IMG/VR virus record: IMGVR_UViG_3300027977_000008
Location: 96,001-160,000 of that record
DNA length: 64,000 nt
Origin: a virus
Reading direction: 5' to 3' (one strand)
The position numbers and the translations under genes were made by a program. This document shows, piece by piece, positions 1 to 9,471 of this stretch; the first letter of the stretch is position 1, and each line of letters begins with the position of its first letter. Under the pieces are notes generated by a model, which had not been told where the DNA came from, did not search any database, and worked only from the letters and a program-made list of their open reading frames with translations.

Positions 1-194
1 CTGCTGCACTGTGTAGTGATAAAGTTCAAAATTTTTACTGTACAGATTTAATGTTGACAGAGCATCTAAATTATAGTATGCTTGTGGGTACAGATATTAA
101 AGTCTGTCAAGTGAAATTAAATGAATATCTTCAAGTTGGTGAGTGGACAAATGTGGAAGATCAACGCAAGTTTATTCTTGAATATGTTTTATGA
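1..194 (+). CDS. 3' end of an upstream gene of the glycosylation island (partial)
   Basis: Frame 3 is open from the window edge (AALCSDKVQNFYC...EDQRKFILEYVL*) and its TGA overlaps the ATG at 191. Confidence 0.6.
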   Translation, partial: AALCSDKVQNFYCTDLMLTEHLNYSMLVGTDIKVCQVKLNEYLQVGEWTNVEDQRKFILEYVL

Positions 195-1030
195 AAATTT
201 TTGATACATTTACTTTTTATAATGAACTTGATCTGCTAGAACTTAGGATGAATATCCTAGGGGATGTAGTGGATTATTTTGTTATCAATGAAGCTACGAT
301 TACATTTACTGGAAAGGAAAAGCCATTATACTTTGCAGAGAATAAAGATCGTTTTAAAAAGTGGAAAGATAAAATTATCCACTATGTTACAGTTGATGAT
401 AATAAAACCTTAGAAAAGTATTGGAAAGATATTCCATATCATCGCAACATGATGGAAGATGATATATACAAACTTCCATTGCATTATCAACGTGCTTGCT
501 TTCATAAAGATAGTGCAATTTATGCTCTGTTAGATCATGCACAAGACGATGATATTATTTTGTCAAGTGATGCTGATGAGATTGCTAATCCAGAAGTAAT
601 CAAAGCAATTGATGAATGGTTTAAACCAAGTAATCACTATGTTCTCAAGGGTCCAGTTTATTATTATTATCTAAATCTTCTATGTGAGAAAGAGTGGATG
701 GGGACAAGAGTTTCTACCATGAAGATGCTAAAAACTATGAGTGTAGATAAACTCAGACAGTCACATCAAGATGCATGGAAAGTTGAAGATGGATCTTGGC
801 ATTGGAGTTTCTTTGGTGATGCTGATACTGTTCGTGCAAAAATGGATGCATATGAACACCAGGAAAACAATCTTCCACAATTTAGAAATACTATGGAAGA
901 ACGTATTGAAAAAGGTATGGATCCTTTTGGTAGAGATTATCTTTACACTCCACAAGTTGTTCCTATTGATGATACCTTTCCCGAATATATTATTAAAAAT
1001 TCAAGTAAGTTTGCAAAGTTTATCAAGTGA
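191..1030 (+). CDS. Glycosyltransferase family 17 (beta-1,4-GlcNAc transferase-like)
   Basis: FYNELDLLELR, DYFVINEATITFTGKEKPL, SDADEI and WHWSFFG motifs typical of GT17. Confidence 0.85.
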   Translation: MKIFDTFTFYNELDLLELRMNILGDVVDYFVINEATITFTGKEKPLYFAENKDRFKKWKDKIIHYVTVDDNKTLEKYWKDIPYHRNMMEDDIYKLPLHYQRACFHKDSAIYALLDHAQDDDIILSSDADEIANPEVIKAIDEWFKPSNHYVLKGPVYYYYLNLLCEKEWMGTRVSTMKMLKTMSVDKLRQSHQDAWKVEDGSWHWSFFGDADTVRAKMDAYEHQENNLPQFRNTMEERIEKGMDPFGRDYLYTPQVVPIDDTFPEYIIKNSSKFAKFIK

Positions 1031-1947
1031 ATATTATTGAAGGCGTAGCAGTTTCTAATCACTGTGATTATTCTTTTGGTGATCAGTCTGGATGCATTGG
1101 ACGTGTACCCGGATCGTTCATGAAACAAGCAGATCCATCTAACTCAGAATTCTCTGAACTTGTAAAGGGAAAAGAATGGATGACAATTTTTATTGATAAC
1201 ATTCGCCTTTATAATCGACAGATCAAATGCACCAATGACGAAGATCAGAAGTGGGTTGATACTTTGCTTGAGACAAATAATATATTGGAGACATGTGCAT
1301 CATTTCCAGAGACAAAATTTATCATCTTTACTAATCTAGAAGATACTCCTATCAACGATGATATTCATGATTTAATTCCTGATAACGTAAAGTCAATTTA
1401 TGGTGTTAATGCTATTGGATTTGGTGGTAAAGTTCACCCATTTCCATATGGTGTTCAACGTATTATTCATTCCTCTGATAATCGAATTGCTATCTTACAC
1501 AATGCAATACAGCAAGATGTAACTCCAACAAAACTTCTTTACATCAACCATGCTGAGCACACAAATATTAGTGAGCGTGGTAATATTCGAGAAAAATTTG
1601 CAAAATTAAAGTATGCTACTGTCGATAATCGAATATCCTATGATATCTACTGCAGACAAATTCAAAACCATAAATTCATGATTTGTCCCCAGGGTAATGG
1701 TGTTGACTGCCATAGAAACTGGGAAGTTCTTTACCTCAAAAGAGTTCCTATCATGAAAAGAACTCCATACTTACAAGAACTATACAAAGAATATCCTGTG
1801 CTTTGGGTAGATGATTATGCAGAAGTGACCAAGACACTTCTTACAAACAACGAAGATCTTTATGATCGGTCTAGACATTTAGACAACAATCTGCTAGACT
1901 TATATTCAGTATTCAATCGAGATGTGAAACGTGCTAAAAATTCCTGA
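1027..1947 (+). CDS. Exostosin-like glycosyltransferase (GT47-like)
   Basis: KFMICPQGNGVDCHRNWEVLYLKRVPI motif. Confidence 0.75.
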   Translation: MNIIEGVAVSNHCDYSFGDQSGCIGRVPGSFMKQADPSNSEFSELVKGKEWMTIFIDNIRLYNRQIKCTNDEDQKWVDTLLETNNILETCASFPETKFIIFTNLEDTPINDDIHDLIPDNVKSIYGVNAIGFGGKVHPFPYGVQRIIHSSDNRIAILHNAIQQDVTPTKLLYINHAEHTNISERGNIREKFAKLKYATVDNRISYDIYCRQIQNHKFMICPQGNGVDCHRNWEVLYLKRVPIMKRTPYLQELYKEYPVLWVDDYAEVTKTLLTNNEDLYDRSRHLDNNLLDLYSVFNRDVKRAKNS

Positions 1948-2599
1948 TGTAACATTATTGATGTTGGCAGATATTGATATACCGGATGCGGTATATGCTG
2001 TTAATAAATCTTGTGAAGAGATTGAATGGGGTGCTGTAAAGTTTCTTGGTAGTAATGGTAAACCAGAAGGACTTTGTGATCAAGCAACTTTTGAGTTGAC
2101 ATATCCAATCCAAAGCATTAACGATTTCAACTTCTATTGCATTTATAATCTTGGTAAACATGTAGAAACATCTCATGTATTGTTGATCCATCCTGATGGA
2201 TATGTTATTCGCCCTTGGTTGTGGGATAACGACTGGCTTCAATATGATTATATTGGAGCCCCATGGAGAGATGATCCTACAGCATACTTAGATCCTTGGG
2301 GTAAAAATCATCGTGTAGGTAATGGTGGATTTTCATTGAGGAGTAAGAAATTATTGGATCTTCCAAGCATAGTAGAAGTGCCTTGGGAAGTAAATGCTAG
2401 TAATTTTTATCACCACATGAATGCTGGGCTATATAATGAAGACGGCAACATTTGTGTTCATAACAGACACATTTTTGAAGAAAACGGATATAAATTCGCA
2501 CCCGTAGAAGTTGCATCTAAATTCTCCAGAGAAGAAACTTTGCCTGATAGCGAAGAGGAAACCTTTGGATTTCATTATCATTTTCAAGAGATCAGATGA
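1931..2599 (+). CDS. DUF5672-type putative glycosyltransferase
   Basis: HPDGYV...YDYIGAPW...VGNGGFSLRSKKLL...NED...FS.E...FGFH signature. Confidence 0.8.
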   Translation: MLKIPDVTLLMLADIDIPDAVYAVNKSCEEIEWGAVKFLGSNGKPEGLCDQATFELTYPIQSINDFNFYCIYNLGKHVETSHVLLIHPDGYVIRPWLWDNDWLQYDYIGAPWRDDPTAYLDPWGKNHRVGNGGFSLRSKKLLDLPSIVEVPWEVNASNFYHHMNAGLYNEDGNICVHNRHIFEENGYKFAPVEVASKFSREETLPDSEEETFGFHYHFQEIR

Positions 2600-3405
2600 A
2601 GGCAAACATATTTCCATTATGGTGGAACCCTTGGGGTGAAAATGGACTTGATCTAGGAAATACTGTAGTTAGTATTTCGATTGATAACTTATCTTTTAAT
2701 CCAGACGCAGACTACAGAATTCTATTTCTTGCAGAACCTTATGCTATTGCACCGACTGTCAATGAAGGTGCTCTAAAAAACGCTCATGCGTTTGATAAGA
2801 TATATACGTTTGGACAAGCAATCTTAGATAATTATAAGACTGCAGAACTTTTCCCTTGGGGGTCTTCTTGGTTAGATTTTAAAGATCTTAAAGTCAATAA
2901 GAAACCACATATTACTTTTGTTACTAGTAGTAAAAGTCAAGCACCAGGACATGGACTAAGGTTAGCAATTCATGCTACACTTGCTAGACTAGATGAAGTC
3001 AATAGACTGGAAATCTATCAACACAAATCACCACCGTTCCACGAAAGGCGGAATGATTTTTTTGAAACTGCAATGTTCCATATTGCAGCAGAAAATTCTC
3101 AGCAAAAAAATTATTTTACTGAAAAAATTATTGATTGTTTTGCAAGTAAAACTATTCCCATTTATTATGGATGTCCAAACATCGGTGACTGGTTCAACAT
3201 GGATGGCATCATTACCTTCAATGATATTAAGGATTTAGAAAATATCTTTGACTATATTGATGAAAACTACTATAATAGTAGGCAGTCAGCTATTGAAGAG
3301 AACTATGAGATTGCTAAACATTTTCATAGTGACAACGATGTTGTTCCCAGATTAACCAGACAAATTATTCAGGACGTGAAAAACAATGCCACTCAACGGA
3401 TCTAA
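2596..3405 (+). CDS. GT10 (alpha-1,3-fucosyltransferase-like) glycosyltransferase
   Basis: FHIAAENS...NYFTEKIIDCF..KTIPIYYGCPNI motif. Confidence 0.8.
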   Translation: MKANIFPLWWNPWGENGLDLGNTVVSISIDNLSFNPDADYRILFLAEPYAIAPTVNEGALKNAHAFDKIYTFGQAILDNYKTAELFPWGSSWLDFKDLKVNKKPHITFVTSSKSQAPGHGLRLAIHATLARLDEVNRLEIYQHKSPPFHERRNDFFETAMFHIAAENSQQKNYFTEKIIDCFASKTIPIYYGCPNIGDWFNMDGIITFNDIKDLENIFDYIDENYYNSRQSAIEENYEIAKHFHSDNDVVPRLTRQIIQDVKNNATQRI

Positions 3406-4063
3406 TCAAACCAATTATATTCAAAAAGACTACAATTTTCTTCGGGTTAGACCTGAGGGGATGAAAGAATTAAAGAAAAACCATTCTCAAGTATGGCAAG
3501 ATATTTTTGCTTTGGTTGTCAACGATGCCAAACAAAATGGAACATTCATTGAGATTGGTGGAGCACAACCTTGTATTGGTAATAATACATGGTTGCTTGA
3601 AGAACAATATGGATGGAAAGGATTTTCTATTGAATTAGAAAAAGATCTCTGTGATATGTGGACACCTGGATTGAGACCTAATACACAACTTTTTTGTACA
3701 GATGCATTGGAGTTTGATTACGTTGGAACAGTAGATACTCTTGGTCTACCACGTCATATGGATTATCTTTCATTTGATCTTGAACCACCTGCGATCACAT
3801 TAGAAGCACTGAAGAAGTTCCCTTTAGATAAGTTATCGTTCAATGCAGTTACTTATGAACATGACGCCTATCGTGGATGGGGAGATATCTATGCTCATCG
3901 AGAAATTTTTGTCCAGCACGGTTACGATCTTGTAGGAGAAAATTTACGTAACAATTCATGTACTATGGAAGAGTGGTTTATTCATGAAAGTGTAGACAAG
4001 GAAGTTCGTGATGTATTGCGTCATGGTAACTGTGAAGCATATCAACTTCTTCTAGATCTATGA
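3386..4063 (+). CDS. FkbM-like SAM-dependent methyltransferase
   Basis: SQVWQDIF, GTFIEIGGA, NNTWLLE...WKGFSIE, DYLSFDLE, TYEHD. Confidence 0.75.
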   Translation: MPLNGSNQTNYIQKDYNFLRVRPEGMKELKKNHSQVWQDIFALVVNDAKQNGTFIEIGGAQPCIGNNTWLLEEQYGWKGFSIELEKDLCDMWTPGLRPNTQLFCTDALEFDYVGTVDTLGLPRHMDYLSFDLEPPAITLEALKKFPLDKLSFNAVTYEHDAYRGWGDIYAHREIFVQHGYDLVGENLRNNSCTMEEWFIHESVDKEVRDVLRHGNCEAYQLLLDL

Positions 4064-4743
4064 GAGTAAGTTTTTGTATTCCGTGCTATGAAAGTCATGG
4101 TAGATCCAAACAGTATTTGTTTGAAATTTTTCATGCACTAACTCAACAAACATGTAAAGATTTCAATGTATGGATTTCAGATCATAGTCAAAATGATGAC
4201 GTTTTAGAAGCATGTCATGAGTATGCTGATTTATTTGAAATCAATTATGTAAAAAATAATAATTCCTTAGGAAATATGTCTGCTAATACCAATTGTGTTT
4301 TAGGACATGCTGATGGGGAAATTTTAAAAATCATGTTCCAAGATGATTTTATTTTAACTAAAACTTTAGTAGAAGAGCTTGACAAAGTATTTCATAATGA
4401 TGTATTATGGGCAGTAACTGGGTTTGCACATACTATTGATAATGGGCATACACATTACAATCCAAAACTACCCCAATATAATGATCGTCTTTTAGAAGGA
4501 GTAAATACATTGAGTTCTCCTTCTATTCTTGCTATAAGAAATGGTCTCAATGAGTTTTTTGATGAAAAACTTACCATGCTTATGGATTGTGATATGTACT
4601 ATCGTCTCTATAAATATCACGGTGAACCTGCAGTTTTAACTGATTATCACATTTCTAATAGAGAACATAAAAACCAAACACAACGTTCTCACGAACATCT
4701 TTTACCATCTGAAATTAAGTATTTGAAGGAGAAGTATAAATGA
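4060..4743 (+). CDS. Glycosyltransferase family 2
   Basis: VSFCIPCYE, QQTCKDFNVWISDHS, MFQDD. Confidence 0.85.
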   Translation: MRVSFCIPCYESHGRSKQYLFEIFHALTQQTCKDFNVWISDHSQNDDVLEACHEYADLFEINYVKNNNSLGNMSANTNCVLGHADGEILKIMFQDDFILTKTLVEELDKVFHNDVLWAVTGFAHTIDNGHTHYNPKLPQYNDRLLEGVNTLSSPSILAIRNGLNEFFDEKLTMLMDCDMYYRLYKYHGEPAVLTDYHISNREHKNQTQRSHEHLLPSEIKYLKEKYK

Positions 4744-5522
4744 TAGGTTTCAATCATCTAGGTCGTCATGGTCGCCTAGGCAATCAAATGTTCCAGTATG
4801 CTGGACTTCGTGGTATTGCTGCACATCGTGGATTTGATTTTGCTATTCCCCCCAGTGATTTCAAAGATCCTTGGACAGACCATCAACTATTTGAAGCATT
4901 CAAATTGGTTGGTCTAACAAATATTTCGGTTATTCCTGGACCATATGTTCAGGAAGCATCGTTTAAGTTTGATGAAAACCTATTCCTCAATATGCCGGAT
5001 GGACATAATGTATATGGATATCTTCAGACAACAAAATATTTTTCGAATATTGAAAAAGAAATTCGTGAAGATTTTCAATTCAAAAATGATATCTACGGAC
5101 CATGTAAAGAACTAATTGATAGTGTTAATGCTCCTATCGCATTACATGTTCGTCGTGGAGATTATCTTGTAAACTCAGATAATCATCCTCCATGCCCAAA
5201 AGAATATTATGATGAAGCATTATTGAAATTTGATCCTTCTCGTAATGTTATTGTTTTTTCTGACGATCCTGAATGGTGTGGGACTGTATTTACTGATGAC
5301 AGGTTCCTTATCTCTGAAGGTGGGGATAACTTAGCAGATTTGTGTATGATGACACTATGCACAGACTTTATTATTGCAAACTCATCATTCTCTTGGTGGG
5401 GATCGTGGTTATGTGAAAATAAAGATAAACGTATTATTACACCTAAGAAATGGTTTGGAACTGGTTATACTGCAGCACACGACACATCTGATTTATATTG
5501 TTTAAATTGGGAAATAATTTAA
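4740..5522 (+). CDS. GT11 alpha-1,2-fucosyltransferase-like
   Basis: GRLGNQMFQYA, HVRRGDY, FSDDPEWC, IIANSSFSWWGSWL. Confidence 0.9.
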   Translation: MIGFNHLGRHGRLGNQMFQYAGLRGIAAHRGFDFAIPPSDFKDPWTDHQLFEAFKLVGLTNISVIPGPYVQEASFKFDENLFLNMPDGHNVYGYLQTTKYFSNIEKEIREDFQFKNDIYGPCKELIDSVNAPIALHVRRGDYLVNSDNHPPCPKEYYDEALLKFDPSRNVIVFSDDPEWCGTVFTDDRFLISEGGDNLADLCMMTLCTDFIIANSSFSWWGSWLCENKDKRIITPKKWFGTGYTAAHDTSDLYCLNWEII

Positions 5523-6424
5523 TGGAAGAACTAGAATTTGTAAAACAAGAATATGTACCACTGAAAGAAGCAACATTTATTATTCCGTTGAGAATTGAAA
5601 CAGATGATCGAATGCGTAATATTATTACGACGTTGATATATCTTCTTCGTGGTTTTGACACTAATATTATTGTAAAAGAATTTGATAGTGTATCTACCTT
5701 TGAGCAGTCTGTTTTGCCTCAACTGCAACAAGCGTTAACTAAAGACCAATTAAAAAATCTTGTTCATGTATTTGAACAGACTAATGACTATACCTTTCAT
5801 AGAACAAAACTACTCAATGATATGACAATGATGGCAACAACGCCAATTGTTGTCAACTATGATAGTGATATTATTCTACCTAAACATGTCTATAAGCAAG
5901 CGGTAGATTTAATCATGAATGGATTTACTAATCCAGAATTTCCTAATACAGAACCAGAACCAATCAAGGTAGTTTATCCTTATGGGTATGGTGAATATCA
6001 ACGTCAGATTTTCTTTGATGATGAGCAAGCGAGTAACTTTGTCAATTCTAATTTTAACTTTTTAACATTTACTAATACTAGACCTTGGGATGCTAAGTTT
6101 GGGTTCTGTCAATTCTTTGATAGAGAAGAATATATTCGTTTAGGTATGGAAAACGAAAACTTTGTTTCTTATGGATACGAAGATGATGAAAGATATAATC
6201 GCTTCAATCAACTATCTCATGTAGCACGAATTGATGATGTTGTTTATCATCTAGAGCACAAAAGAACTTCTAATTCTTGGTTCAACAATCCTCACATTGA
6301 AGAGAATAGAAGTTTGTTTGGATACTTATCTAGAATGTCTCCAGAAAATATTTTGAAGTATTATACAAATCAACCATACATGGCAAATAGAGGTATCGTT
6401 CACGGGAAGAAGATTGGTGGATAA
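5522..6424 (+). CDS. GT2/GT7C-type (galactosyltransferase-like) glycosyltransferase
   Basis: TFIIPLR...R.RN, NYDSD (DxD), GMENENFVSYGYEDDER, YHLEH; ATG at 5522 overlaps the previous stop. Confidence 0.75.
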   Translation: MEELEFVKQEYVPLKEATFIIPLRIETDDRMRNIITTLIYLLRGFDTNIIVKEFDSVSTFEQSVLPQLQQALTKDQLKNLVHVFEQTNDYTFHRTKLLNDMTMMATTPIVVNYDSDIILPKHVYKQAVDLIMNGFTNPEFPNTEPEPIKVVYPYGYGEYQRQIFFDDEQASNFVNSNFNFLTFTNTRPWDAKFGFCQFFDREEYIRLGMENENFVSYGYEDDERYNRFNQLSHVARIDDVVYHLEHKRTSNSWFNNPHIEENRSLFGYLSRMSPENILKYYTNQPYMANRGIVHGKKIGG

Positions 6425-7214
6425 GAATAAGTCTGCATATAAACTGAAAGAATTTCCAAAGTGCTTGTGGATTAACCTCGATAGATTTCCTGATCGTAGG
6501 AAATATATGGAAGATCAATTTTCTTATTGGGAAATTGAAAATCATCATCGCATTTCTGGCATTGATGGTAAAGAAGATGATCCAACTTCATATTTAAAAG
6601 GAACTATTCCGCATAATATGAACCAAGGTGAGATTGCTTGTGTGCTTTCTCATTTAAATGCAATCAAATATTTTTTATATGAAACAGATCTTCCTGAAAT
6701 TATGATTATGGAAGATGATGTTGATCTTTCTACTGCGAAGTATTGGAACTTTACTTGGAAAGAAGTTAGGAAAAGATTTCCTATCAATTTTGATACCTGT
6801 CAGTTTACGATTATCAATCCAAATGGTATCACTCTAAAATTACATCATAGATTTATCAATGATTTTTCTGCTGCATGTTATATAATTACTAGACATCATG
6901 CAGAAAAAATTTTTAAACTTCATAACAGAGGATCTTGTTGGAAGATCGATCAAAATATCAAACCAAGAGCTGTGTCTGAAGATTTAATCCTTGATAGTGG
7001 TAAAGGATATTCTACTCCAATATTCAATTATAGGATTGATCTTGGTTCTGCAATTCATGAAGAACATATTGATGTCTTTCATAAGGATAGCAGAAATGCT
7101 CTTGCTGAATTTTGGGAACTTCAAGGTCCAGACCAAAATGTAGATCAAATTATGGAACTTGATGAATATTGTGGTAGAATTCCACCACAGGTATATTTAA
7201 ATCAACAACAATGA
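6414..7214 (+). CDS. Glycosyltransferase family 25
   Basis: WINLDR..DRR, GEIACVLSHL, IMEDD, SAACYIIT. Confidence 0.85.
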   Translation: MVDKNKSAYKLKEFPKCLWINLDRFPDRRKYMEDQFSYWEIENHHRISGIDGKEDDPTSYLKGTIPHNMNQGEIACVLSHLNAIKYFLYETDLPEIMIMEDDVDLSTAKYWNFTWKEVRKRFPINFDTCQFTIINPNGITLKLHHRFINDFSAACYIITRHHAEKIFKLHNRGSCWKIDQNIKPRAVSEDLILDSGKGYSTPIFNYRIDLGSAIHEEHIDVFHKDSRNALAEFWELQGPDQNVDQIMELDEYCGRIPPQVYLNQQQ

Positions 7215-7840
7215 AACTTATAGATCATATTGGTATTTTTGATAATGCTGTCCCAGATGATATGTGCGACAGCATTATTCTTGCATTTGATAATTGGACG
7301 GATAAAAAATTTACTCCTGAAGTTGGAGAATGGATTTCTTCTGGACAAGATCAATTTCAAGATAAAATTTTGAGTAGAAGCGATCATCAATTATATCTTG
7401 AATATGTTGATCTAAAAATGGCAATGCAACTCAATACATTTATTGGGCAGTGTTTTGAGCAGTATGCAAAACACTATCAGGGAATTGTTCAAGATAGTGA
7501 TCCTGTATCATCCTGGACAACTAAAGTTCAAAAAACTGTGGCGGGTGGTGGTTATCATAAGTGGCATTGTGAAAATGGTGTTTTTATGTATCGTGATCGT
7601 GTTTTGACTTGGATGGTATATCTGAATGACATTTCATCTGAGAATGGAGGTGCTACAGAATTTCTTTATCAGAAACTAGCACTGCATCCAAAGAAAGGAA
7701 CAGTAGTTCTTTGGCCAGCAGCATACACTCATATGCATCGCGGAGGATTTTTGACTGGTCCTATTGATAAATACATTGCAACAGGTTGGTTTCTGAGAGA
7801 ACCTGGAAACGTCAGTAGTAAAGTTCTTTCTGAATTGTGA
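7211..7840 (+). CDS. 2OG-Fe(II) oxygenase
   Basis: GGYHKWHCE, RVLTWMVYLND...GGATEF, THMHRG, KYIATGW. Confidence 0.85.
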   Translation: MKLIDHIGIFDNAVPDDMCDSIILAFDNWTDKKFTPEVGEWISSGQDQFQDKILSRSDHQLYLEYVDLKMAMQLNTFIGQCFEQYAKHYQGIVQDSDPVSSWTTKVQKTVAGGGYHKWHCENGVFMYRDRVLTWMVYLNDISSENGGATEFLYQKLALHPKKGTVVLWPAAYTHMHRGGFLTGPIDKYIATGWFLREPGNVSSKVLSEL

Positions 7841-9471
7841 TCATTTACACTTGTATTACAAATGGATATGATAGTATCTCTGATGATAATTATTATGATC
7901 CAGATGTTAGATACGTATGTTTTTATGATGACAAATTAAAAAAGAAAGGTCCTTGGGAATTCATTAAACTTGATTTAAAAATTGAGTGCCCTGTAAGAAG
8001 ATCTTATCATCCAAAGCATCTCCCCAATCATTATTTTGATGAGGGAGAATTGACAGTATGGATAGATGGATGTTATCTTCTCACAAAAGAATTTACAAAT
8101 TTTTCAAAAGATATTTTTTTAGAACATGATTTTTGCTTACAAAAGCATCCAGATCAGAGATCTTTATTAGCTGAATTTTCTAAACTTTATTTTCAAGGAT
8201 TTTCTACTTTAGAAGAAATTCTTGAAATGTCTAGAAATATAAAAGATATTGGTTATACTTTGTTAGACTATCATCAAACAATCAATTGTGCTATTTGGAG
8301 AAAGATTTGTCCCACAGTCAATGATTGGAATGATCTTTGGCGTGAATGGTATGATACTGGTGTAAATCGAGATCAAATTTCTAGCTCGATTGCAGAATTT
8401 TTAATTTCTAAAAAATATAAATCACCGCTTAGATATGTTGTAAACAAAGTTACTCCACAATTAAACTTTAAACTTAGCATTACTAGAAAAAAGGAGTATA
8501 AACAAGCGTATAAACTCCACAAAATTCCAGGAATGAAAGAAAGAATTGGATTACTAGATAAACTAAAAGAAATTTTTGGAGAACCCGTTGATACATTTAC
8601 CGTCAATAGAATGTATGCTTGTGTTAGATACACTCCGTTTGAACTTAATGATTATGTTGAAAAAAAAGATATGGTTGTCTACACATGCATTACAAATGGG
8701 TATGATGAATTTGTTCCACTAAATCATTATGATTCAGATGTAAGGTATGTTTGTTTTCATGACGGAACAATCAATACTTCAATAGAACCATGGGAATATA
8801 TTGATATCAGAGACTATCATCAAGAAGAATGTCCTCGTAGATTATCTTTTTTCCCTAAAGCTAATCCTCATATTTGGTTTCCTAATGGAACAAATACAAT
8901 TTGGATCGATGGTTGTTATCAACATACTAGAGAGTTTATTAATAGAAGCCAAGGATGTTTTCCTTTTACCATGCTAAGACATGCATCAAGATTTTCATAC
9001 TTTGATGAAATGTTAGAAGGATTTACTTGTGCATTTTTTTCTTATGAGGATGCAATTCGTCTTACAGAGGAATTGAAAAAAATAAATTATAATTTTAGAA
9101 CTTATGGAAGTCCTTTAGGTACTATTGTATGGAGAACTATGAGTGATCAAATGACAGAATTTAATAAACTTTGGTATAAATGGTCTCTTATTGGTTGCAA
9201 TAGAGATCAAATATCTTTTGATGTTGCATTGAGACTTTCTAATGTGGATTTACCATCAGTGTATGAACAAAGAGAACACTCTGGCATTCCTTTAGGATAC
9301 TTCAATAAAAAAGGAAGAAAAGGAATGCATCCACAAAAAGGAGATAAAAGTCAATATTTAAGACAAGATGAATTTTTGAGTGACTTAGAAAAACTAACTG
9401 GGTTAAATCCTAAATTATACACAGGATATCCAGCTCACGATTTTTACATGAAAGTTTACGGGATTATATAA
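7837..9471 (+). CDS. Two-domain DUF616-like (TOD1/MUCI70-type) putative glycosyltransferase
   Basis: Two copies of YTCITNGYD...WIDG...HP/HA...RDQIS. Confidence 0.7.
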   Translation: MIIYTCITNGYDSISDDNYYDPDVRYVCFYDDKLKKKGPWEFIKLDLKIECPVRRSYHPKHLPNHYFDEGELTVWIDGCYLLTKEFTNFSKDIFLEHDFCLQKHPDQRSLLAEFSKLYFQGFSTLEEILEMSRNIKDIGYTLLDYHQTINCAIWRKICPTVNDWNDLWREWYDTGVNRDQISSSIAEFLISKKYKSPLRYVVNKVTPQLNFKLSITRKKEYKQAYKLHKIPGMKERIGLLDKLKEIFGEPVDTFTVNRMYACVRYTPFELNDYVEKKDMVVYTCITNGYDEFVPLNHYDSDVRYVCFHDGTINTSIEPWEYIDIRDYHQEECPRRLSFFPKANPHIWFPNGTNTIWIDGCYQHTREFINRSQGCFPFTMLRHASRFSYFDEMLEGFTCAFFSYEDAIRLTEELKKINYNFRTYGSPLGTIVWRTMSDQMTEFNKLWYKWSLIGCNRDQISFDVALRLSNVDLPSVYEQREHSGIPLGYFNKKGRKGMHPQKGDKSQYLRQDEFLSDLEKLTGLNPKLYTGYPAHDFYMKVYGII